Below, in pieces: positions 52,974 to 64,000 of a stretch of DNA of 64,000 nt (position 1 is its first letter; every line of letters starts with the position of its first letter). Origin of the DNA: Vicugna vicugna. Its lineage: Eukaryota. The notes below the pieces were generated by a model. It was not told where the DNA came from, did not search any database, and was given only the letters and a program-made list of their open reading frames with translations. Made by a program: the position numbers and the translations under genes. The DNA lies in the NCBI GenBank assembly GCA_013265495.1, contig MU058054.1, positions 434,001 through 498,000 of the forward strand, read 5' to 3'.

Positions 52974-55900
52974 CTGAAACAGTAATTGACTAAATTGTAG
53001 AACACATCAGGGCCATTTACAAATTTGCTCAAAATGAATCGTTTAAAAAGAAATGAGGGTGACACCAAAATTAGCAGAGAGAAATGATTGAAAAGTGGCT
53101 CCCAAGACCCAAAGTGGGAATTATGAACCAGGGTTTTTAACTTGCAGGAGTGAGCATTTATAAATGCAAAGAGCTTTCTGACACCACCTCATATAAATTC
53201 CAATTTCTGCTTAAAACATATAAAAATCGAGTTAACTGAGCTAAAATGATTAGATTCCTTTCATAATTCAAATTCCTGCAATCTTTCCTCACTCTATTAC
53301 ATTGTATATCTGCTATCACTTAGACTACATTGAAACAGCTACGGTCTTTGGAGGGGAAAGGGAGAAGGGTCTTTTAATGCCAAAAAGATTGCTAGAGATT
53401 CTAAGATGAAATACGTAAGTTGGATAACTAGTTTGCACAGCAATAAGCAGTCAAATTTTTCAAAATATAGAGATATCATTAATTTCATTATATTTCTTGC
53501 AAATCTTGACATCTGCCAATACTTCAGTCTAAAGATTAAGCAGTACCAGGAAAAACAGTGTTACTTCCCTGACACTATCTTGAGTTACAGCTTAGTTAGT
53601 ACTTTTCCAATTCAACAAATACTTCTTCATCAAATGTTAATTATATAAAGTGCTTCCTGCCCGTGTTATAGGCTGCTTCCATCTGAAAACTACCGTGTCC
53701 TACATACTGCATATTAAGGGGCTGTCAATTTTGATTGATTGTTTAGGGAAGGATGAATTTGATTTTTTTTCCACTCCTTTCTCAGATGTACATGTATTTT
53801 CCTCTGTTTCTGCCAAGAAATAGAGCTGTTTAATAATAATAAGATGTGGGTAATAATTACAAAGCATGTCAGTTGCTTTAGTTTTGTATATTTCAAGTAT
53901 ATTCAAATTTATTCTGTTATTTTCCTAAAAAGAAAATTCCAAGCTTCAATAAAGAATTTTTTTATTTGTTTTTCTGTAATACATTAAAATTAAGATGCCA
54001 AATCCTCTTCCCTTAAAATGAAAATTAACTTCCTGAACAAATCAACAGTCCCATACATTTGATGCCTGGTCCTTTACAGGTCATTAATACTTCCAAAGAC
54101 AACACTGCAGAGCATTTCCTCTGAAGTATTCAGGCCATCCTTAAACTTCACTTAGTAAGAAAGTGGCTAACCAAGGAATCAGAGACTAGCATCAACTCTT
54201 ATCTCCTACCTTAGCATCGCCCTCGTTCCTCAACTGGCTTCTTAAAATCTTTATGATTGGAAATCTAAGCAGTATTCAAAAAACCCAGTAATCTCATATT
54301 TCCTACAGTTGTAGAGTCAGAAGTTACTATAAAGCTAGTGAATGTTCATATTTATTAATACTTTATAAAAAGACTTTCTATAAGATTTATATAAATTATA
54401 TTAAAAATAAAATTGGATTAAACCTACATTATATGTAGATAAATAAGCAAAAAGCAAAAGACTGTAAAAAGCTAAAAAGAGTTTTACAGTATTATACAAA
54501 AAACCATAGAGATTAAACGTGGCTTGGAAGAACTACATTTAATAATTTATTGGAGGCTGGGGGGCCCTGTGCTAGGACTTACACGGGATACTCACATCTC
54601 ATGCATTTTCGTCTTTAAAGAATCTTCTCCCTACGATAAGCTCTTCTCCACACTGCCGCCAAGCCCTCCAAACTATGCACTCTCCATTAATATTTTAACC
54701 TACATACGAGTATACAGCCCTTCCATTTTAAGCAAATTAGAATTTAAACAAACTTCTTATTCTAAGGATATATTAACCACTTATAAACTGTGTGACTATG
54801 AAGTTACTTAACATCTCTGAACTTCAATATTCTCGTGTATACAATGGAAGCAATGACAGGCAGAAGTGTTGGGCGAATTAGAAATGGTGACACACAAAGC
54901 AGCATTAGTGTCTGAGCAGAGATGATGTCTAAAAATGGCTTTAACTGTCACATTATTATCACAGTGGTGTGGACAGTGAGACTGACAGGGACTGCTGACA
55001 AATAAAACAAACAGAACTTGGAAAGATTTTGCATGAAGAGAAATAAGTATTTTGGGGGAAAAAAAAATGAAGACCCATAGCGTGAGAATTATAATTCTCC
55101 AGGATGCTGTACTAGGGTTTGCTACAACAACAGAGCTATAAAGTCATCAAGTAGAAAAGCAATTAATGGAAATTTTCAGTTGGTAAAAAAAATATTCCCT
55201 ATGGAGAAACAATTCTGAAACTTGCCCAAATTCTCTGGTCATTGAAAATATTTGGAAACAATCTGCATCCTGTTATTGGCCTAATACATAGAAATGGCAA
55301 CATTTTCCTTTTTTTAATTTATTTTGCTTTAGTTTTTAGCCTTCAGGTACAACAGAACTGGATTAATCATAATCTTGTTTCAGACACAATCAATGGCCCG
55401 ATTTTATTTACTTACTTAGCTCTTTAACAAGTTATTATTAATATTGTACGAAGCATTCCTAATCCCACCCCCACGTTAATGTTAGAAGAACAGCATTAGT
55501 CTTGAATCCACATCTTCCCATGGGCTGGACGAGCCAGCTGCCTTTGGAGACTTTTATCATTGCAAACAGGAGTCTACCAGTTAATTGAGCCATTCAAACT
55601 TCAGAGAGTTACAGGTAATGAAAGTCTAGAATGGTTAATTGGAAACCTCATACCATGATTATTTGTACAGTATCAGTTAACGAAAGTTTAACTTTTAATT
55701 ATTTCAATTAAGTTATTTCTACAAGACTTACTTACATAATTTTCTTATCTGTTCCATCAGTTAGAAAACAGAGATTCCAAGTGGGGCAATGTATAATGGG
55801 GGAAAGACTTAATGGTTTATATAATTAAACTGTTCTTTTTCACCATTATTCACATTTTGAGGGAATGCTGATACACAGTCGAGCAATCCTATCTGATACA

Positions 55901-56495
55901 ACGCTAATACTACCAAATCTAAAGGGAAACACGAATGATTTGACCAGGTGATTCACCAGACTCACTCTCATCAGCTCCTATTTTTGGAGACTTCGTACAA
56001 TTCCCACTTGTGAGGATTTCCAACTATTTAGAAAACGTCCCCCCCCAAAATCAAGCACGAAACATTCCACCAAAATCTCTCTCCTAAAACCTCCCAGTAA
56101 ACCTTGGCTTCTGCACTAGCTGACAGCTTTCTACTCAACAGAGGCTCTGTCTACCATCCTGAGCCACAATTTATAAATATCCAAAATTACAGCCATTCAT
56201 TTGCCTTGGTTTAGAAATCATGTGGATCCCCGAAGAGTTCTTTAAGCGAAAGTAAGTATGTACTTCAAAAACAAAAAACAATCTAGTTAGTTTAATTTAC
56301 TCTAGTAAATTAGATACTTTATCTGCCATAACTATAACATAGCCTGCAATCCCCACAATAATGAATACTTCCTTTGTTTTTTCAAATTAAGAACGAAACA
56401 TCATGTTATGCGCATTTAAACCTTTGGAAAACATAACTGTTGATGAAACACTTTACTGAAATAATCACTGTTGATTAGAATTTGTCCAACATTAC

Positions 56496-56565
56496 CTCTT
56501 GGAAATATCTGCAAAGGCTCTATTAACTGTCCATTTACTTGCTGTTCCATTACTGTGGAATAATA
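56496..56565 (-). CDS. MAP2K5: MAP2K5 coding exon 4 (70 nt), YYSTVMEQQVNGQLIEPLQIFPR; end of PB1 domain
   Basis: Reverse complement translates to a recognised MEK5 peptide. Acceptor tctctttgcag, donor gtaatg. Splices in frame to exon 5. Confidence 0.97.
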
Positions 56566-59500
56566 CTGCAAAGAGATTACAGAAAGAGATTACTCAGTAA
56601 TGTATGAATACTGAAACAGACACTTATGGGTTGTTTAATTCACAGTACTTTTGTAAATTGCTGGTATATACATATCAGCCTTGAGAGTTCTTTTTCCCTA
56701 TTTGCACATCAAAATGACTAGAGTGAATATTCAAACTTGAAAATCCAGCATGGTGTTACCCTCCACACTGTCATTTATCTTTAAGAGTAAAAAAATGTTG
56801 ATTGAGACTTTAGGTTTGTATTTGATCCCTAGAAATATTTTGAAAATGATATATATTTAAAATGACACAAAAAGCATTTTAGGAGAAATTTCTCAAATTG
56901 CCTTTTGTTGTTTTTCCCTGGATTTTACAAAGCAAAATGGAGATGCCTCACATTTCGCTTGGACCTGTATGCCAGTTAGTTAACCAAACATTATTCATAT
57001 TTGTGTATAAAATGTACCAATAATAGAAATCAAAATCGTACAGACTGTGGAACGAACAAACAAGATATAATCCACCCAAAGATGATGGGATTAATATGAT
57101 AAAAAGGCTGCCTAGTTTCAAGCAAGCATCCCTCTCATGTTTTAGTCTTCTAAACACTCTAGATCAAATTTCACTTTAAAAATCTGGGCATGAAAAATAA
57201 AGTTCCAAGTTGAAAAAGCTTTTACACTCCATCACAAACACAAATGCATTCAGTAGGCTGTATTCTGGTCCAGTCGCATTTTCCTTAATACGCTAATTGG
57301 TGACCACATGTCCATCTAACTTGGAGATGGTTTCTGTGCCCTTGCTTCTTTTGACACCTGACAAACAACACAGTGATGCTCTTGGTGGAAAATATCAATG
57401 ATAAAAAGCACTGAATTTGTGTTTTGAGGGGCTGTCACAAAGCAGAACTGCCCTTGAATCCTCGTGGTTTCTATATTAAAAAAACACATGCACATTTTCT
57501 GTTTATCACATTTTCAGAAAATTCCTGACAATCATTCTTTGCTGATATTCTTGAAGTTTCTTTTTAGAAGATATATACATATGTCTTCCTACTGCTTTTA
57601 CGTATATTAAAATCATTACAAGATCAAGCTTGTTTTTCCCTTAGAAATAAAAGGGGAGTTATATAATTCAACATCATCTTGGGAATCACAAGCTGACAAG
57701 TCTAAGTCTCTTCACCCTAAAGACAAAGTGGACGTGGGCTTTTGATGGCTTTTGGACTGACATAGGTACCCCCTGCTCTCCAAGGGCTTTCAAACTGTAA
57801 AAGGAAACTGATCCTCTCCTTCCATGGACGTAAAAACTTGCATACCTAGAGCAAAAACATGTGTGCCACCCTCTCTGGAATACATACTGAGGCAAATGAC
57901 TTCCAGGAAACTATATTCCTTAAAACCACAGAAATATAGCGCTCGCCATTACTCAAACAGTGATGACAAGTAAATGAAATATCAATCATGTAGGCTGTCA
58001 ACCTTTTGGGACAGCAATAACTGTTAACAAGTAGTCTGGAAAAATTGTCCGAAAATGACTTGTCCTCAGCACAGAAGTATTTGAGGTTTCCATGGAAAAT
58101 TAAGATGCCAGTGGCTATTTGGAACATTGCTCAGGTATTCTTTTTAATGGGAAATTTGCCGGTTATTGATCCACAGCATGTACCCCCTTGCTTCTGGAAG
58201 GCTGCAAGCAACTTTCCAATCAGTGGCTGTCAAAAAAATTACTGCCTTTTTATACTGATACAAGACAACAGCAGTGGCGGTGCTCTCCTACAGTTAATGC
58301 CTTTCTTTAATTAACTGCTATGTACAAGAGGTTAGTAATTTCAGTTACTACTTTAACCCAGTCCTAGAAATCAAAACAAATAAAATATCCTTATGCTTTA
58401 TCTAACAAATTAATTATAGAGTTGTCTGAAACTGGTGCTTGGGGTCAAGTTTGAAAACAAATAACCTTAAATGTAAAGGGTCAGAACAGGTGCAATGCAT
58501 TTTTTTCCCCTACTATAAAACCTCGCATGCATGAAATTGACCTGTTTTCCAACTTTATTTATTTACCTCACAAAATACATAAATAAAAAGGGTTGCTTTT
58601 TCATTTCAGATCTGTGCCAAATCAACTGGAAAAACTATATACACTTTTCTAATCATTGTAAGAATTTTTTAGCAATCTACAAACATCTCTTTGCACTACG
58701 ATTAAGACAGTCATAGTAATGATATGAAGTATGCCATTTGACAGTTTCTCCAAAGCAAGTATTTACGAGTTGTTTTTTATTTTCTATAATCCTTCCAAAT
58801 CCAAGGAATATTTTCTCCTGCTGAAATACTGGGTTTGATCTGTGTTTGTATTAACAGAGAAGCTTGTGTTCCACACGGCAAAGTAACTCACCATAGAGGA
58901 CAAACTATAAAGGGTGGTGATGAAACCCAAGGCATGGGCCCACTCTTGGCAGCTGACCTCTGAGGACCAAGCCTGGTGAGGAGCCGGTGGCAGCCAACGT
59001 GGCACCAGGCCTAGGAGCTCAGGCAACTGCTTACACGACATTCTCTAAAGGACAAGGATGGCTTGGACAGAAAAGTAACAAAGTGACCATGATAAGGTTA
59101 ACTGAGCCATAATTTGAAGTCATCCAAATAGCTTTCTTAGCTTAATCTCTGTAAGCCTATCCTGGCTTTCATAACCCCTCTAACACAAAGCCCCGCACAC
59201 AGTAGGTGTTGGATAAATTTTTACTGATTGAGATGGAGTCCAGTCCTGATTTCGCCACTTCTTAACCAGTATAGCTTTCAGGAAGTCATTTAACCTCACT
59301 GAACCTTAGTTTCCTCTGAATGAGGGTTCAGATTTCTTCTCTATTACATAGGGTTGTTGTGAAGCTTAAAATTAAAATGCAGCAGCAGAATTAGTGAAGG
59401 CATTTGTAAGTCGTAATGATTAGTAGCTGAGAAATTTGAAAGCAAACCTCCCCAGAGTGAAACAATATTAAGCACAGCACTTTGAGTAGAAGTGTTAATG

Positions 59501-60126
59501 GCATTTAAAAATACAAAAAACGGTTATGTATAAAAAGTATAAGATATTGTGCTCAAACTGACTACGCCAGCCACAAGTATAAAAATGTGTTTTCTCTGGG
59601 ATCCCTTGTAGAATCCGTTACATGCAGTAATTGCAGCAATAATCAATACGCTAGCTGAGTAAAAGATTAATCAGTTTTGTGATTGCTAATGGAATCTCCA
59701 GCACCAGACTCAGATTGGTTTCAGAGTCCCTCGGAGATGTTCTTCAAAATCCTTAAACAATTTTAATAAGGATGTGACAAAGTTTAGCATCGCTATCCAA
59801 AAGTCTAATTAATTTGAAACAGAGGGCCAGATTCGACAAGGGGATAGGCAAGTACAATTTTTGGCTTTGTTTTGCTTGCGAGTTTATCATACACTGTTCC
59901 TACTTGTTATGAACCTAATTCTAACAGCACAATTCAACCAATAATTACAACATTTTTTCTTTTCTTCATGGAAATTTGCCATATAAAAAACTTGAGTTCC
60001 AAAACAGCACAGTTTAATTTTAGAAGACACAAGTTCTCTGTTTAAAAAAAAAAAAGAGACAGAGAGAGATGCACACACAGAAACAACTATCACTTACTGA
60101 CTCCCTACTGTGTGTTTAAGCTTGAG

Positions 60127-60818
60127 TGAAACCGAGCCCTCCTAAGCTCCCTGTTGAGTTTATGATTCGCCTCCCCACTCAAAACTTTATTCCCTTTCTT
60201 GTCCTGCCCCTGTTCCCCTCAGGATTGAGGAGTATGAGAGGAAAGGGGGGTCTGAAACCTGAGCAGGACCCGTGGGGCCCTCCCTGGTTCAAGCCCCTCT
60301 CAGTCCCTTGTTTGTTTGTAGAAAAAAGGCTTTATTCTCTTAGGCCATAGTGACTTTGAAAGAGCAGGTTCAAGCACTTAATGCTTAGGACGACAGAGTC
60401 ACAGGACTCCTAGTTCGTCCTGAAGGGATACAGATAACAATCCGGGGCGTACCTCTGAGCTGCTCTATAGAAACTAAGACCCCCACCCAGGTGGAGGATG
60501 GTGACTCCATGCCGAGCACAAGCCCTAGACCCCAGGCTGCCTGGGACCAGAAGGTTGAGATTCTTGAAATATCACCCCCGCCACCAGCCAATGAGAAGGT
60601 CCATGAGCTGATCATGCATCCTATGACCCTCTCCCCTCAAGCGGTCTTTAAAAACCCTTGCCTGAAAGGCACTGGGGAGTTCGGATCTTTTGAGCATGAG
60701 TCAGTCGCCCATTCTCCTGGCTTGGCTCCCTGCAAATAAACCCTCTCTTTGCTGCAAACACCTGCTGTCCGAGTTTGGCTCTCTGCACCTCAGGCACACA
60801 AGCCCTTGCTCAGTAACA
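60127..60818 (+). mobile_element. Solo ERV LTR, antisense to MAP2K5
   Basis: TG start (tgaaaccgagc), CCAAT 60588-60592, TATA-like tttaaaaa at about 60647, AATAAA 60735-60740, ends cagtaaCA. No clean TSD found, so the 5' edge is uncertain (60127 or 60253). Confidence 0.8.
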
Positions 60819-61179
60819 ATCCTAGATACTTACATTTATTCATTTAATTCCTCACAGCCCAATCCTATTCTGGGAGTATCATCACCCGTTTCATAGATGT
60901 AGCAAACGGTTTATCAGTCAACCAAGAAAAACACTTCTTTTATTCTAGTTCATTCAATCAGAACATAAAACGTGTTTGCTATCTGAGACTCAAAAGGTAA
61001 GTTATCTTTCTCATACCTCAAAACATTTCACTAAACCAGGCTACGGGGCAGGCTGCCGAGCTGGTGGAGAGCTTGGCTTCTTCATTCAGACCCCGTGTGG
61101 CTTAGGCCACGTACCCTGATCTGTCAGGGCCTGGGGAAGGCAGCACGGTGCAGTGCTGATACCTCTGAGGACAGGTGGC

Positions 61180-62280
61180 CTCGCCCCCGAGGCTTTCCTC
61201 CGACCTCTCCTACCACTCAGTTTCCTGTAAGTGGTTCCTTCCCCACCCCTCCTTTAAATGTTGAAGTTCCCCATGGTTCTTCATCAACCTTCTCTTCTTA
61301 CCTGATACTCTCCTTGAGTTAACGTCAGCCACTTCAAAGGTTTCAATTACCAGAGGAGTCATTGAGACTAATTACAGGCTGATGAATCACAAACCTTTTT
61401 TTCCAGCCCAGATTTCTCTCCTAAGATTCAGAACATACCCAACTGGTTGTCCAGAGGCCCATCGAATTCAGCAGGTCCCTACCTCCCCTACTCCTCCCTC
61501 ATGCCCTAGGCCTGTCTTCCAACACATGGCTTCACCATCTCAGGGAACGAGATTACCAGGACCCCGTTTCCCACACCAGTTACCTGGGAGTCATCCAGAC
61601 CATCTCTCTGCTTCTTCCCCACATTTAATCAATCACCAGTCTTTTTAACTCTACATTTTCCCCACTTCTCAAATCCCCAAGCTAAGGCCCTCCATGATCT
61701 GGCCCACCTTCCTTCCCAACCTCATCTCATATGAGCTAAAGGGCAATGACTGAACTATTCTCAAAGCCACCTTGGTTTCAGCCGGTTCCAGCTTTCTGTC
61801 ATCTCCTAACAGCTGTGCCCCCTCTTCATTTATCCGGTGGTGGTCTCCTGCCCCTTCCCCTCCTGCCTCACCCTCACTGTCCATACCACCCTAATCACAG
61901 GCAGCCCCTTCAGAATGCATCCAGCATCCTTTCACCCAAACCTTCATGACACAGTTCTCTCTGCTCAAAGCACCCTTTCCGGTCCCCTTGTCCTAACCTA
62001 CTCCATCTAGACGCCACCCTCCTCAGGAAGCCTTCTCTGTCCCCAAAGCTAGATCAGGTGCTCCTTCTTTGTGCTCACAGAGCATCTAATGCTTAAGCAT
62101 TTACCACTCTGCCTGGTAATTATGAGTCTTCCTGGTCCTCCCACATGGAACACTGTTTCCTGTTACCCTCACTGACTGGACCGTGAGCTCCTTGAAGGAA
62201 TGAACTGTATATTCACTGTACCTCCATCACCTAGCACAGGGCTTGGCTAGATAGTTGCTATCCCATAAATATTCACTGTA
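61180..62280 (+). mobile_element. LINE-2 fragment
   Basis: C/T-rich L2 body ending gtgagctccttgaagg...cacctagcacagggcttggc...cataaatatt. Confidence 0.75.
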
Positions 62281-62728
62281 TGGAAAACTGGCCATATAAA
62301 TAAGAGAAAAACCCAGCGAGAGATCTCAGGTCCCCGCTTTACATTTACCAGCTGAGTGACCTTGAGAAAGGCATGTGATTCGTACCTTGGTGTTCTCAAC
62401 TATAAAAATGAGAAAAATGCCTGCCTTGCTCACCTCCAAAGTGTTAGGAAGATCAAAATCAAGGAAGCTGGTATGTGGGAAACTTTCCTAGACAGTACTT
62501 TAAAAAAATCTTAAATAGGGCCCAGGGCTATGAATCGCCCACTTCCAAGCAACAGTACATAGAAGAAAACTGTCCATGACAATGGATGATACAGAAACAA
62601 GATGACTGAAATGTTTAGACCAAGTACAGAGGCAGAATTTAACTGTTGATCAAGGCTATCAGTATCTCCTTCCCTTCCATCAATTACTATAGTATAATTA
62701 GATAATAAAACAAGTAAAAGGGCTCCAT

Positions 62729-62836
62729 TATATGTCCATGAATGACTGAAAAATTGTGCTGAACACTGGAATTTGACACAACATTGTAAAATGATTATAA
62801 ATCAATAAAAAAATGTTAAAAAAAATCACATAAAAA
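62729..62836 (+). mobile_element. Very short young L1 3' end
   Basis: Reverse complement of 18821-18910 apart from one A-run length. Perfect 13-bp TSD AAAAGGGCTCCAT at 62716-62728 and 62837-62849. Confidence 0.93.
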
Positions 62837-62917
62837 AAAAGGGCTCCATAAGGAACACTGCTTCTCCTTCTGGAAGTTCATCAAGGGCAGGGAACATGTC
62901 TTGTATTTTCTCTCTTA

Positions 62918-63088
62918 CAGCAGAGGTATTAACCTGGGGTCTATGTGGGCCTTGGGACACCCTCGATGTTCCTGAACTCCTATGTGAAATGCTGCACCGT
63001 GTGAATTTTCTAGGAAAAGAATAAACAACTTTCCTCACATTTTCAAAAAAAGGCCCATGTCCCCAAAAATGTAAGGAACTACCGCCAT
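62918..63088. mobile_element. hAT-Charlie-type MITE remnant
   Basis: Termini cagcagaggtattaacctgggg...aaaatgtaaggaactaccg resemble MER5/Charlie ends. Confidence 0.55.
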
Positions 63089-64000
63089 ACAGTGCCTAGC
63101 ACTGTGCCATACAGCTAATGGCTGCTCCCCGATTGCTTAAGGGAAGGAACCAATACAGCAGCGGTGATTACGTACTGTCACTGATCTAACTCACTCAGTG
63201 GCAAGTCTTAGATATCAAATCACATCTATTATTCTTCTGTACGTTTATAACAGAAACGCTTCCCAAATCTCTCCTTAGCATGCCTTCTAACAGACAATAT
63301 AAATAGTACCGGTATGAGGAATATACTTACAAGGAATAAGCATGCTGGCTTTTTGCTACTGATGATAAAATTTTCAAATTCCTGTTTTGTCAGTACTGCA
63401 AGCACACCCCATTATATGTAGCTCAATCAGTAATTACAGCAATAATCAATAAACTAACCAACTATCTGCAGTCCATAGTTAATTTATCAGTTTTCCTAGT
63501 GAAGAACCCAACTATCGTAACTCTGTCAAACGGCTACAGATTCGATTACAACACTACTCAGATGTGTTACCAGTTATATTTTCTTTCAACTATTTCTTAT
63601 ACTTTACATTAAGAGGCTCTCTGACGCTGAGCTCTCAGGAAGCACATAACTGCTCCAGTCAAAAATGACATGTGATGATAATCTATTTCAAATACCAAAT
63701 TAATAGCTGTATTTACTTACCTGGCTTCAGGTCCCCCCAGCTCCCTGATAACTCACTGCCTCTGCCTTGAGGTGACTACAAGTGTGCACATACTCTTCCT
63801 TAAATGACCCTAGAGGGTCCGCATATGGTCATGGACCGATCAAACGATGAGAAAGAAATCACAATGAAAAGTCTTCCAATGAAAAGGTCAACAGGGAAAA
63901 ACTCTGGGGCCTGTTTATAGGCTAATGTTATTAGACAGATGTATTTATTAGTGATTTGAAAATGAAAAAGACGGTAAGTCGGCCAAGTTTAACGATAACA

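Noticed and set aside
6587..56565. Minor-spliceosome (U12) introns
   Set aside because: All eight donors are U2-type GT; none has RTATCCTT.

Overview
Mammalian genomic DNA, probably camelid judging by the tRNA-Ala-like SINE family and the young L1 3' ends. The whole window lies inside one minus-strand gene, MAP2K5 (MEK5). Eight short GT-AG coding exons (exons 4-11 by recalled human numbering, 484 nt) splice into one open frame: [161 protein letters not shown]. This covers the end of the PB1 domain, the linker and the kinase N-lobe. The gene's start and end lie outside the window. Introns contain L1, L2, MIR, tRNA-derived SINEs, two LTRs and hAT-type MITEs, plus several repeat-free, motif-dense blocks that look like conserved enhancers. 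Nearly all ORF-track entries are spurious. I found no convincing novel biological system. The best second-look items are inverted retroelement pairs flanking exon groups, a rare GAG acceptor, a twin-primed L1, a SINE with a micro-inversion, a duplicated ancient-looking motif and candidate poison exons. Repeat family names and boundaries are by eye and approximate.
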